A DNA stretch of 64,000 nt from an uncultured Acidobacteriota bacterium (GTDB lineage: Bacteria; Acidobacteriota; UBA6911; RPQK01; JAPXNP01), in the NCBI GenBank assembly GCA_963777605.1, contig CAVZRV010000027.1:192001-256000 (forward strand), written 5' to 3'. The position numbers and the translations under genes are program-made. Numbering within the stretch: the stretch's first letter is position 1; the number at the start of each line of letters is the position of its first letter. Positions 53,596 through 64,000 of this stretch are shown piece by piece. The notes under the pieces were generated by a model, which had not been told where the DNA came from, ran no database searches, and saw only the letters and a list, made by a program, of their open reading frames with translations.

Positions 53596-55557
53596 GTGAA
53601 CAGACTCCGATGTTGCAGTAGATGGTCAATTTTCCCTGTTGTCACGATTGCTTTCCTGTTATTTACCGCTTCCTTGCAGGCGGTCGATTTTTCCGGCTAC
53701 CTGAACTACGACGGGCTGACCAGCTCGCTTCGTGATTTGGCCGGCCGGCACCCGGAACTGGCTCGACTCTCCGAAATCGGCAAGACCGCGGAAGGCCGTT
53801 CCCTGTGGCTGATGGAACTGGCAAACGCGTCAGGAACACCGGTCGCCGAGCGGCCCGCGCTGTTCGTCGCCGCCAACTTCGAAGGGAATCAGGTTATCGG
53901 CAGCCAGTTGGCCCTCAACTCGATCGAGCGCATGCTGGACGCTTACGGTTCGGATGAAGGGGCCAAGCAAATCCTCGACCATTACGTCGTTTACGTGCTT
54001 CCTCGGGCCAACCCGGACGGGGCAGAAGCCATGTTCGCAGCGGTCAAGACCGGCTCCACCACCAACACCAGGCCCTTCGATGACGACAACGACGGGCGAA
54101 TCGACGAAGACGGTCCGGAAGATCTGAACGGGGACGGGTTCATTTCAGTGATGCGGGTCAAGGACCCCGAAGGCCGGTACATGGTCCATCCCGACGACCC
54201 CAGACTCATGAAGAAGGCGGACCCGGCCAAGGGAGAAGTGGGCGAGTACCAGATCTACTGGGAGGGCACCGACAATGATGGTGACGGTTTCTTGAACGAA
54301 GACCCTCCCGGCGGCGTCGATCTCAACCGCAATTTCCAGCACCAGTATCCCTACTTCCAGAAGGACGCCGGGCCTCACATGGTCAGTGAACCCGAGGCTC
54401 GCGCAATCCTTGATTGGATCATCACTCATCGGAACATCGGGATCATCCTGACCTACGGAGAGAGTGACAACCTGATCAGCCCACCCGACGGGAAAGGGAA
54501 GCTCGGTCCCGAGTCACTGGTCGATCTGGAGCGGTTTGCCGATCAGAGTGTCGTGGAAGCCCGCAACGTGGGGATGTTCGACATCGAACCCCGCAGCCGC
54601 TTCCGGTTTTTTGGCAGATACCGCGATCCAGAGGCGCCCCAGCACGGGTCCGAACGCACGAGGCGACCTCCGCGACGCCCGGAGGTGACGGTCAATTCCG
54701 ATGACATCCCCTACTTCAAGAGTGTCTCCGACAAGTACCGTGAGATCACCGGGCTGGAGAAGACTCCCGAGGTAAGGACGCCGTCGGGAGCGTTCTTTGA
54801 GTATGGCTACTTTCAGTTCGGAGTCCTTTCCTTTTCGACCCCCGGTTGGGGGCTGTCGAGTTCCGGTGGTGAACCGTCGGATTCAGAACAAGCCTCCAAG
54901 TCGGGAGAGCGGACTGCGACCGGCAGAGGTGAAGCCCGTGGCCGCAGACCGGATGGAGACGCGTCTTCCCGGTCAGGACCTCCGGCCGGCCCATCGAAGG
55001 GCAACGACACGGGCTCGGCGAACTTTGATCTCGAGTTACTCCGATGGATGGACGGTCAAAACGTCGAGGGATTCATCCCCTGGGCCGAATACGACCACCC
55101 CGAAAAAGGCAAGGTCGAGATCGGCGGGTTCAACGCCTACGCCGTTGCCAACCCTCCCGGGGATCAAATCCAGGCTCTCGGTGAAAAGCAGTACGAGTTT
55201 CTCTGCTATCTGGCCAGTCTTTTTCCGAAGGTGACGATCGCCAAGACGAGTGTCAGCAATCTCGGCGGTGGACTTTTCCGGATCCAGGCGGAAGTTGAAA
55301 ACAGTGGGTTCCTCCCCACGGCGCTGGCCCACGGAGTCGTTTCCCGGTCAGTGAAACCAACCATGGTCCAGTTGGGGATAGAGCCCGCCAACCTCGTCTC
55401 GGGCAGTCCCAAGACCAGCTTCTTTCAGGCTCTCGATGGTTCGGGACACCGCCAGAAGTACGACTGGATTATTCGGGGCGAACCCGCGTCCGAGATCACA
55501 CTCCGCGTCGTTTCTCAAAAGGGCGGCAGCGAAACCGCAACGCTCAGGCTTCAGTAA
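53596..55557 (+). CDS. M14 carboxypeptidase homologue, predicted inactive
   Basis: M14 fold motifs (NPDG, DLNRNF, SEPE) but FEGNQ, TYGES and SFSTP in place of the Zn and catalytic residues. Confidence 0.85.
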   Translation: MNRLRCCSRWSIFPVVTIAFLLFTASLQAVDFSGYLNYDGLTSSLRDLAGRHPELARLSEIGKTAEGRSLWLMELANASGTPVAERPALFVAANFEGNQVIGSQLALNSIERMLDAYGSDEGAKQILDHYVVYVLPRANPDGAEAMFAAVKTGSTTNTRPFDDDNDGRIDEDGPEDLNGDGFISVMRVKDPEGRYMVHPDDPRLMKKADPAKGEVGEYQIYWEGTDNDGDGFLNEDPPGGVDLNRNFQHQYPYFQKDAGPHMVSEPEARAILDWIITHRNIGIILTYGESDNLISPPDGKGKLGPESLVDLERFADQSVVEARNVGMFDIEPRSRFRFFGRYRDPEAPQHGSERTRRPPRRPEVTVNSDDIPYFKSVSDKYREITGLEKTPEVRTPSGAFFEYGYFQFGVLSFSTPGWGLSSSGGEPSDSEQASKSGERTATGRGEARGRRPDGDASSRSGPPAGPSKGNDTGSANFDLELLRWMDGQNVEGFIPWAEYDHPEKGKVEIGGFNAYAVANPPGDQIQALGEKQYEFLCYLASLFPKVTIAKTSVSNLGGGLFRIQAEVENSGFLPTALAHGVVSRSVKPTMVQLGIEPANLVSGSPKTSFFQALDGSGHRQKYDWIIRGEPASEITLRVVSQKGGSETATLRLQ

Positions 55558-55571
55558 CTGGGGTAAGCAAG

Positions 55572-57362
55572 ATGGAAGCAGCAAATCGGAAACTCATGGT
55601 CTCAACTGGTTGGGGAGCGTTGATCGTCGGGTGCGCGATGCTGGCGCTGGTCGGGTCACCGCGTGTGCTGGCACAGGAGGCTTCGGACCCTCCCTTCAAG
55701 GTCAAGCTCGAGTTCAACCGCTGGCATGACTACGACGAACTGAAGGCTGACCTTCTCCGCCTGGAAAAGGCCTTCCCCAAGTTCCTCAAGTACTCGTCCA
55801 TCGGCAAGAGCTACGAGGGCCGGGACATGATGCTCATGACGATTAACAACCCCGACACGGGCCCGGACACGAGCAAGCCGGCAATGTTCATAGAAGCCAA
55901 CGTCCACGGCAACGAGATCCAGGGGGGTGAAGTCTGCCTCTACACCATCTGGTACCTGATGGAAAACTACGGGCACATCGACCAGATCACCCGACTGGTG
56001 AACGAACGGGTCTTTTACATCATGCCCACGGTCAACCCGGATGGGAGGCAGTACTTCCTTGAAGGGACCGGAATGGGAGCTCGAAGCGGTCACGTGCCGG
56101 TGGACGACGACAACGACGGCCTCTACGATGAAGACGACGTCGACGACCTCAACGGCAATGGAGTGATCGAACAAATCCGCAAGTACGTTCCGGGACAGGG
56201 CAACCTTCGCAAGAGCGCCCTTGATCCCCGGGTTCTGGAACCGGTGCCTCCGGGCACCAAAGGGGACTACGTGTTCCTCGGCTACGAGGGCATTGACAAC
56301 GACGGCGACGGCGACGTCAACGAGGACGGTCCCGGGGGATACGATCCGAACCGGAACTACGCGTCTGACTGGCAGCCGGACTACGTCCAGGGCGGCGCCA
56401 TGGATTACCCCTTCGAGTTGCCGGAAGCCCGAGCCACCAACGACTTCTGGATATCCCACCCCAACATCGCCGGGCTCCAGACCTACCACAACTCTGGAGG
56501 GATGATCCTGCGCGGCCCGGGGTCGGAAGATCAGAAAGAATACACGCGACAGGACCTGACCGCCTACGACGAACTGGGTCAACAGGGGGAACGAATCATC
56601 CCCTTCTACCATTACTACACGATCTGGAAGGACCTCTACACCGTCCACGGCGGCTCGATTGACTGGACCAATGACGGACTGGGGATCATTTCCTTTTCCA
56701 ACGAACTCTGGAGTGACGGGCAGTATTTCACCAGCGAGGAACTGAAAGAACAGCAGAAGAACCCGCTGGGGCCGATCAGTCCCGCTGCCGCTCGCTACTA
56801 CTTCAACGATTACCTCGATTTTGGGAGCGAATTCATCGACTGGGCCGAGTTCGATCACCCGCAGTTCGGCAAGGTTGAGCTGGGGGGATGGAAGAAGACC
56901 TCACGGCGCGTGCCGCCACGGTTCATGAACGAGGAACTCTGTCACCGGAACATGGCCTTCACCCTGTTCCAGGCTGACCAACTGCCCCAGATCAAGCTTG
57001 GGGAGACAACCGTGGAGTCCCTGGGCGATCAGGTTTTCAAAGTCCGGGTTGAGATCAACAACGACAAACTGGCCCCCACGATCCTGGCGGCAGCAGCCCA
57101 GAACAATGTTGTCAGGCCGGACCTGCTCACGGTAACTTCCCCTGCCGAAGTCCTCTCGGCCGGATGGGTTCGGGACCGCTTCCGCCCCGATGCCACCATG
57201 CTGATCGATCAGCAAGACTTGAAGCGGATCCTGATCCGAAACGGGCATCCCGGAAGGACGACCAGGCTGATCGAGTACATCGTTCGTGGAAGTGGGGACT
57301 TCACGGTACGTTATTCAAGCCTGAAGGGCGGCAGTGACTCCACCACGATCTCATTGCAATAG
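55572..57362 (+). CDS. Secreted M14 zinc carboxypeptidase
   Basis: HGNE, NPDG, PNRNY, TYHNS, SNELW; DxDxDG-type acidic loops. Confidence 0.9.
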   Translation: MEAANRKLMVSTGWGALIVGCAMLALVGSPRVLAQEASDPPFKVKLEFNRWHDYDELKADLLRLEKAFPKFLKYSSIGKSYEGRDMMLMTINNPDTGPDTSKPAMFIEANVHGNEIQGGEVCLYTIWYLMENYGHIDQITRLVNERVFYIMPTVNPDGRQYFLEGTGMGARSGHVPVDDDNDGLYDEDDVDDLNGNGVIEQIRKYVPGQGNLRKSALDPRVLEPVPPGTKGDYVFLGYEGIDNDGDGDVNEDGPGGYDPNRNYASDWQPDYVQGGAMDYPFELPEARATNDFWISHPNIAGLQTYHNSGGMILRGPGSEDQKEYTRQDLTAYDELGQQGERIIPFYHYYTIWKDLYTVHGGSIDWTNDGLGIISFSNELWSDGQYFTSEELKEQQKNPLGPISPAAARYYFNDYLDFGSEFIDWAEFDHPQFGKVELGGWKKTSRRVPPRFMNEELCHRNMAFTLFQADQLPQIKLGETTVESLGDQVFKVRVEINNDKLAPTILAAAAQNNVVRPDLLTVTSPAEVLSAGWVRDRFRPDATMLIDQQDLKRILIRNGHPGRTTRLIEYIVRGSGDFTVRYSSLKGGSDSTTISLQ

Positions 57363-57407
57363 GGACAAGGCCTCTTCGAAACCAGTGTCCCTGAAGTTCC
57401 CTGAAGT
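57361..57407. repeat. AGGGACA/TGTCCCT inverted pair with adjacent 10-bp tandem duplication
   Basis: AGGGACA at 57361, AGTGTCCCT at 57384, TCCCTGAAGT twice at 57388-57407. Confidence 0.7.
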
Positions 57408-57491
57408 TCGCCGGAGGCGACAAATTGATTTTTCTGTTGACATCGCCCGAAGCCTATTCTCTAAATGGTGGCTTCATTGCACGGAGGGACC

Positions 57492-58238
57492 ATGAAGTCA
57501 CAAATGAACGTGCTTTTTCACTTGACCCTGGCTTTCGCAATGGGGTGCGGACTCGCAGCACAGACGCTGAACGCGGAACCGATCAAGTGCCTGATGATCG
57601 GCAAAGAGGCCCACGGCGATCCCGGCACGATGGTGGACGCTGTCAAGGCGATTAATGCCGACTACCCCGGCATCCAGATCAACCTCGTGGACAAGTCGGA
57701 TCTTGAAGCGCTTCGATTCGAGAACCTGTCGGCGTACGAGGTCCTGGTCATTGAGCAGATTCAGGCTCCGGAAGGCAATCCGCCGGAGTTCGTCAAGGAA
57801 GGAATCCTCGAGTTTCTCAAGGGCGGCGGCGGGCTGGTCGTCAGCCATTTCGCGGTTGCCAACGTCCAGCAATGGAGAGACTCCATCGACATTTTCGGAG
57901 CCATGTGGGTAAATGGGAAGTCGACGCACGGACCCTACCACGAGTTTCGGGTGGACATGAAGGACGAAGCCCATCCGATTGTCGCCGGTGTGCGGCCGTT
58001 CACTACGACGGACGAACTCTACTACAACCTGCTGATGCGCCCCGATGTTCACGTGATCGCGACCGGAAGTGAAGAGCGCTTCGGTCACACCGTGGCCGAA
58101 CCACTGCTGGTGACCCATTACGTCCACAACGCCCGCTGCGTCTACTTCGCCCTTGGCCACGATCCCGCCTCGGTCAATCCACCGGAGTACCGCCGGATAC
58201 TGGCGCAGTCCATCGAGTGGGTTGCGGGCCGCAGGTGA
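57492..58238 (+). CDS. Secreted ThuA-like domain protein
   Basis: GGGLVVSH, HPIV.G, DELY, YFALGHD, IEWVAG. Confidence 0.88.
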   Translation: MKSQMNVLFHLTLAFAMGCGLAAQTLNAEPIKCLMIGKEAHGDPGTMVDAVKAINADYPGIQINLVDKSDLEALRFENLSAYEVLVIEQIQAPEGNPPEFVKEGILEFLKGGGGLVVSHFAVANVQQWRDSIDIFGAMWVNGKSTHGPYHEFRVDMKDEAHPIVAGVRPFTTTDELYYNLLMRPDVHVIATGSEERFGHTVAEPLLVTHYVHNARCVYFALGHDPASVNPPEYRRILAQSIEWVAGRR

Positions 58239-58530
58239 TCCTGCGGAGGGCCTGGAAACCGGCGGCCAGGTGTCCGATCTTTGGCTCCAGCCTGGGTCGG
58301 GGGAGGATCGCGTCCAACTCCAATTGATCGTTTTCAGGGGAAGCGCTCGGGGGCAGTGTCTACGATCGCCGGTTGCATTCGGTCGGGGACCTGCGGGTGG
58401 ACGCAATCATGGCAGCCCTCGGTGCGGGCGTAAAAATCTGCTGCTGGCTGCTCTTCTTCCTTCCGGACTGGAGCAAATGAGCAGAATTCCGCAGGAAAAG
58501 AACGCATCAGGAGAGGGGCGGCTTCTCCGG

Positions 58531-58908
58531 CTACTTTTTCAGCAGGGCTCCCAGTTGGGCAAATGGCTTGTAACTGGAAACGCTCTCCTGTTTCCCCGTC
58601 GGCGCAGCACTCGCATAGGCATCGGCGGCCTCCATCCTGGAGTGCTGGTTATCATGACAATAGACGCAGAGGAGTTCCCAGTTGGTCCCGTCGGCCGGAT
58701 TGTTTCCGTGGTTGTGATCCTTGTGATGAACGGTTAACTCCCGCAATCTCTTTCCGCTGAACTCCCGCTCGCAGTGGGCGCATTTCCAGGGAAGAACCTT
58801 GAGCGCCTGAGCCCGGTAGCCCCGCTCCCTTTCTTCCTGATCGCGCCGAGCCTCGGCTACCACCCGGTCAAGTCGCTGGCTATCAGACAGAGTCTTACTT
58901 TTCGACAT
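58531..58908 (-). CDS. yajD: YajD family HNH nuclease
   Basis: YRAQALK.LPW.C..C.REF...LRELTVHHKDHNH.NNP.DG.NWELLC.YCHD. Confidence 0.9.
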   Translation of the reverse strand: MSKSKTLSDSQRLDRVVAEARRDQEERERGYRAQALKVLPWKCAHCEREFSGKRLRELTVHHKDHNHGNNPADGTNWELLCVYCHDNQHSRMEAADAYASAAPTGKQESVSSYKPFAQLGALLKK

Positions 58909-59099
58909 TCGGGGGTTACCTCCAGAGCCTCAAACAGCCGCCGTTGGAACTGATTTCCATCCACTAATTGTTGCCGATCACGACCACTTCCACAAACTAC
59001 TGTGAGCACTGGGCATGAACGAGAACGAGACTGGCTCTTTCTCCAGATGATGGGTGATCGCAAAGTCAGTCATCTCATCGCGCAAACGGCAGTGACGGG

Positions 59100-61026
59100 T
59101 TAGGCCACCATATCCAGGGTCCCCTGGGTGATTCGTTCGATGTCCACCAGGAGCTTCACCCCGCCGTGGACTTTTGCCATCGCCAGGATGAACTCCGCGT
59201 CCTCCAGCATGGGGGGTGCATCCTCGACATTCGAGGCATCGATATCGACGATTTCCGCGACCGATTCGACCAGGATCCCGATTCGGCGCAGGCGACCTTT
59301 CCGATGGATCTCGACGATGATGATTGTTGAGCGCTCGTCGTAATCGATCGGCGGTAAGCCGAACCAGACGCGCAAATCAATGACCGGCATGATCTCGCCA
59401 CGCAAGTTGATCACTCCCTTGAGGAACGGGGGGGTCGCAGGAACCGGGGTAATCTCTCGGATCACGATGATCTCCCGCATCTGGTTGATTCCGATCCCAT
59501 AGTCCTGCTCCCCCACCCGGAAAAGCAGGTACTTCCCTTCCTTGTCGAGCATCATCTTGGCCGTCGATCCCTGTGCCCGGGCCTTCTGAATCCTTTCGGC
59601 AACATTACCCAGGTCGAGCTTACTCCTGACTGCTTTGGCTTCAGGCTGAGCCTGGTAGGCGGCGTCCGCAAACCTGGTGTCGATAAACGTATCAAGGTCG
59701 ACCTTCTGTCCGACACCCATCCGATCGACCATGTAGTCGAGCATCCGCCCAAGGTCCTCTCTGACCGGGTAAAGATTGACCGTCTTGATCCCGGCCGGTT
59801 CGGTGAGGACGTTCTTCAGAACCGCGCTGGTAAGGCCAAGTTCGCCCCTGGGATCGAGAAATCTGACCCCGATCTCGGCACTCCGGCCGGGATCCTTATC
59901 CACGAAGCGGCCCGCCGTCGTGAGCATCGACACAAACTCCTGGACCGCCTCCGGGTGTGCATCCACAATTTCCTTGCGAAGCGTGACCACACAACAGGGG
60001 TGATTGTCCCAGGCTTCACTGGAAAGGAACTCGAGGCGGGCGACGTTCGAAGAGATCGCTTTTGTCCCGAGAGGCTCGGCGACCATGAACCCGGCGGCGT
60101 CGGAGTTCGAGTCGAGGAGTTCGGGCATGCGGGCAGGCGGCACGACCTCAAAAGCGACGTTTACGTTCGGCTCTCCGGGAACTCCGGGGTGAAGCCCCAG
60201 TTCCGACAGGTAAAGGTGTGCGAGCATGTGGTGAACTGAAAGGCGATGGGGGAGGTAAAGGACCCGGTCCCTGAAACGCCTCCTCCGGCCGTGCTGATGC
60301 GAAACGCTTGCTGCGCACGAGGATGCTCCCGTTCCGATGCGCCAGAAGTACCATGCGCAGTGGAGCGCCGTGGCCAAACAGGTCCATGCTGATCGGAGCC
60401 AGGATGAAAGCACCATCCACTTGCCCCTGCTGGAGCGCTTTCGAAACCGGGTTCCAACTGCTTTCACAACGGGTGGTAAGAGCAAAGTGACGGGGTTCGA
60501 GCTCTCCGTTGGCGATCAACTCCTGGAGCACGCCCAAGAGGATGTGGTCGGTTATCTGGATGTGCGAGATCGTCAGATTGACTCTGCCATCCGGCAGGAC
60601 TTCCGGCTCGCGTACCGACGGCTGGTCATCCTCAGAGGCCTCCCCTGAAAAGACCGCTTCAATCTGCTTGAGCAGGTCATCCGGCGTGAACGGTTTTGGC
60701 ACGAACCCGCTGACTCCGGCATTCTTGGCGGCCAGTGTCTCGCTCTGTTCTCCGCGCGCTGTTGCCATGATGAACGCCAGCGAGGCACTTTCCTCTCGGC
60801 TTCGGACCCATTTCAGCAGTTCGAGGCCGCTCATTTTCGGCATGTTCCAATCGCTGATAATGAGGCCGATCCCGGGTTCGCGCTCGAGCAGCGCGACCGC
60901 TTCGGTCCCGTCCCCTGCTTCAGTCACGTTCGTGAAGCCCAGCTTCGCGAGAATTGATCGCTCCATCTTCCGCATGGCACCGGAGTCCTCCACAAGGAGG
61001 ACCTTGAGATTTCTGTCGATACTCAT
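59100..61026 (-). CDS. CheY-like REC + NrtA/CmpA/NasS-like binding domain + CheW fusion, frameshift near 60285
   Basis: ISDWNMP/KPF; HIQITDH, SWNP, ILAP, HRNG, VPP, AEP, HPCCV; KGVINLRGEIMPVIDLR. Confidence 0.85.
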
Positions 61027-61163
61027 ATTTCAGCTCAACTCCCGACTTGACGAATTGCCTTCGGAGCTTCGAAGATCCGAAGATAGGATGAATCTGCTCT
61101 CTTCTGATCGGCCGTTGAGACCTCGGGGATTAGGGAAACACCGAAACAAATTGAGGGATTGCG

Positions 61164-61904
61164 CTAGAAGGTGAAGGCTCCTTCGAACTGCATGTCTTTC
61201 GGCTTCATTTTCAGGTCGACCGTCTCAAACGACGTCTCCATGTGAAGGAGGATCTGAGACTCGCTCCCATCGAAATAGGGCTTATCGGAATCGTCAGTTC
61301 GGGGAAAAAACAGCAAAGCACCAGGTTGATTTGCACCCGGCGGAACATATCGGCCAATCGGGCAATAGGCATTCGACGAACTCGACGACAGCCAGACTTT
61401 ATTCTTCAGCGTGTCGATGGTCGAGGTTCGCAGGAAATTCTGAACCGTCTGGAGAGCCGGATGTCCAGCAGGTTCGGAATAGAACGTCACTTCAGCGATC
61501 ACTTCATCGCCGGGAGGCTGTTCGATGTAGTCCGCAACCGCCTGGGCCAGTTCCTTGTTGTCCGGCTGGGCAAGGAGCCGGGATTGGCCGATCGCCGCCT
61601 TGACAGCCTTCGAAGTCACAAAACGGAACCGGAGATAAATGTGCACTTCCCGATCACCAACTCCTCCCGCAATTGAACCGACGTCCGTCCTGCCGACGAT
61701 ATCGCCGTCGCTCCGCATAAACCCGGGCAAGCTGATCCCCGTTGTCGCATAGGGGTATGCCCAGGGCGAGTTTGAGAGAATCTTGACGCAATCCTTCTGG
61801 CTCCACTCCGAATATGGTTTCTTTTGCCAGAACGGTGCGGACAGCACCATGGACGCAAGTAGAAACAGAACCGACAGGGCAATCAAGACTCCAGAACGCT
61901 TCAT
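61164..61904 (-). CDS. Secreted hypothetical protein
   Basis: GAGGAGG RBS, signal peptide, W.KKPY.EWS..D..KIL.NSPWA N-terminus. Confidence 0.75.
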   Translation of the reverse strand: MKRSGVLIALSVLFLLASMVLSAPFWQKKPYSEWSQKDCVKILSNSPWAYPYATTGISLPGFMRSDGDIVGRTDVGSIAGGVGDREVHIYLRFRFVTSKAVKAAIGQSRLLAQPDNKELAQAVADYIEQPPGDEVIAEVTFYSEPAGHPALQTVQNFLRTSTIDTLKNKVWLSSSSSNAYCPIGRYVPPGANQPGALLFFPRTDDSDKPYFDGSESQILLHMETSFETVDLKMKPKDMQFEGAFTF

Positions 61905-62030
61905 GGTTCCTCCTCGGCTGATGAGTTCAACAGCAGCCTCAGTTTTCCGAAACATTTACATTCTGCTAGTCCGAAGGGAATTTCACCAGAGGGCTGCGCC
62001 TCGGATTGTCGGTCAGTTGACTTCTCCGGA

Positions 62031-63543
62031 CTACATGAAAAGGGCCCTGAACTCCTCCCTCAGTTGAGCCTTCTGGACCTTCGCCATCGTGTTTCGGGGG
62101 AGCATATCGACAAAGAGTACCCGTTTGGGAACTTTGTAATTGGCCACATTGCCTTTGGCTGCTCCAAGGATGTCCGCCTCGCTGATTGCGGCCCCGTCCC
62201 TGGCCACCACGACGGCTACCACGGCTTCCCCAAAATCGGGGTGAGGAACCCCGATCACCGCCGACTCCTTTACTCCCGGCAGTTCGTCGATAAACAGTTC
62301 CAGCTCTTTTGGGTAGACGTTCAGACCACCGGTAATCACCAGGTCTTTTGCACGGCCGGCGATGCTGACGTATCCATCCCGGTCGATACTGGCAAGGTCT
62401 CCCGTGTTGAAGAACCCATCGCTCGTGAAGTCCTCCGCCGTCTTGTCGGGCAGTTTCCAGTACCCGATAAATACATTCGGGCCGCGCACCTGGAGATTTC
62501 CAATCTCGTTCGGCCGGAAGCATCTCGCCCTGATCGTTCGTGACCCGAGCCTTCACGCCGGGAAGCGGCAACCCGACCGTACCCGGCTTGCGGACACCGT
62601 GCAGTGGGTTGGACGTATTCATGTTGGTTTCGGTCATCCCGTACCGCTCCATAATGCGATGGCCGGTTCGTTCCTCGAATTCCGAGAAAGTCTCTTCCAG
62701 AAGCGGCGCAGAGCCCGAAATGAAAACACGCATGTTCCTGCAGACGTCGGCTGTGAACCCACGGTCCGCGAGCAGCCTGGTGTAGTAGGTCGGAACACCC
62801 ATCATTACAGTACATTCAGATAGATGGCGAACGACCTCCGATGTATCAAAAGATGACAACCATCGCATGCTGGCGCCGCTCATGAGCACGCATCCGACTC
62901 CAACAAAGAGGCCGTGAACGTGAAAGATGGGCAGGGCGTGAAGCAACCGGTCGGCAGGAGTGAACTCCCATGAGGCGACCAGAGCCTGGGTATTGCTCAG
63001 CAGGTTCCCATGAGTGAGCATGATTCCTTTCGGGACCCCGGTCGTTCCCGATGAGTAGAGCAAGGCAGCGAGGTCGTCCTTGTCGCGAGAGACTGGGCTC
63101 GCCTCTTCCTGCGAATCCCTTGAACCATCGATCAAAGTCCCAGACCCTGCTGCATCCAGAGTGAAGACAGGCTGTCCCGTGAGGGCGCGGATCGACGACT
63201 CCCGCGCAGGGTCGCAGACCAATGCAGCAGGTTCAGCGTTGTCCAGAAAGTAGCTCAACTCACGCGGTTGAAAGGCGGGATTCAAGGGGTGATAGACAAA
63301 GCCGGCGCGCAGGCACGCCAGGTACAGGCAAAGCGCCTCAGGAGATTTGGCTGCCTGCACCGAGACCCGGTCACCAACTCTTACTCCGGCATTTCGAAGA
63401 AAGTTCGCCAGCCTTGCTGACTGACGCTCCACCTCGCCGCAACTGTATGATCTGCCGCCTTCGGTGCAGAGCAACTCTCTTCCGGGATCGTTCTCCAGGC
63501 CAGCCTGGAAATGTGAGAACAAATTGCATTCCTGGTCCAACAT
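62031..63543 (-). CDS. matB: Malonyl-CoA synthetase, frameshift near 62505
   Basis: YSSGTTGVPKG, HALPIFHVHGLFV, ERYGMTET, RAKDLVITGG.NVYPKE, PRNTMAKVQK; adjacent to madL. Confidence 0.88.
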
Positions 63544-63614
63544 CGTCTTTCCTCTCGATTCGGCAAATGATAAGACGATTCATCACACCCTTTCGAATAA
63601 TAGGAGAGTTGGCA

Positions 63615-63989
63615 ATGGTGATCTACGGTGTTGCACTTCTGTCGATCTGCATGCTCGCGGGAGTGCTCGTCGGGGACTTGCTGGGGGCCCTCATCGGCGT
63701 GAAGGCAAATGTTGGCGGAGTCGGCATCGCGATGATCCTCCTCATCCTGCTGTCGAATCTTTCGCATCACCGGTTTCGGCTCACTCCCATGACGGAATCG
63801 GGAGTCGGATTCTGGAGTGCCATGTACATCCCGATCGTGGTGGCGATGGCGGCACGGCAGAATGTCATCGCCGCGGTTTCGAGCGGCTGGCTCGCGATCA
63901 TCGCGGGCACGGCTGCGGTGGCAGCCGGTTTTCTCATGATTCCGGTCTTGGCACGAATCGGCAGGGGGAATAGCCAAAGTGATCAGTAA
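63615..63989 (+). CDS. madL: Malonate transporter subunit MadL
   Basis: MVIYGVALL..C...G..LG..IGVKANVGGVGIAM, FWSAMYIPIVVAMAA.QNV. Confidence 0.92.
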   Translation: MVIYGVALLSICMLAGVLVGDLLGALIGVKANVGGVGIAMILLILLSNLSHHRFRLTPMTESGVGFWSAMYIPIVVAMAARQNVIAAVSSGWLAIIAGTAAVAAGFLMIPVLARIGRGNSQSDQ

Positions 63990-64000
63990 TGCCCTGCCCG

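Overview
GC-rich (roughly 60%, estimated by eye) bacterial chromosomal window. The gene content (DUF1080, Gfo/Idh/MocA, GH109, sulfatase, ThuA, many Tat/Sec substrates) suggests Acidobacteriota, but that is an inference. About 50 genes or gene remnants are recognisable: carbohydrate and central metabolism (malic enzyme, monomeric IDH, MatB/MadL), signalling (hybrid kinase, MCP, STAS, REC-sensor-CheW fusion), secreted proteins and a RAYT-type HUH transposase. No rRNA, tRNA or CRISPR array was seen. Many genes carry 1-2 bp frameshifts that are probably assembly errors, but several lesions are structural (insertions, internal deletions, truncations). Best leads: (1) a RAYT flanked by AGGGACACTCCCT mini-palindromes, with related motifs dispersed in the window, including a 34-bp duplication/insertion that precisely inactivates a gene; (2) a ~220-aa module shared by five unrelated secreted proteins or remnants; (3) a cytoplasmic CheY-like REC + NrtA/CmpA/NasS-like + CheW fusion; (4) an adjacent inactive/active M14 peptidase pair; (5) an Lgt paralogue divergent from a surface-protein operon.
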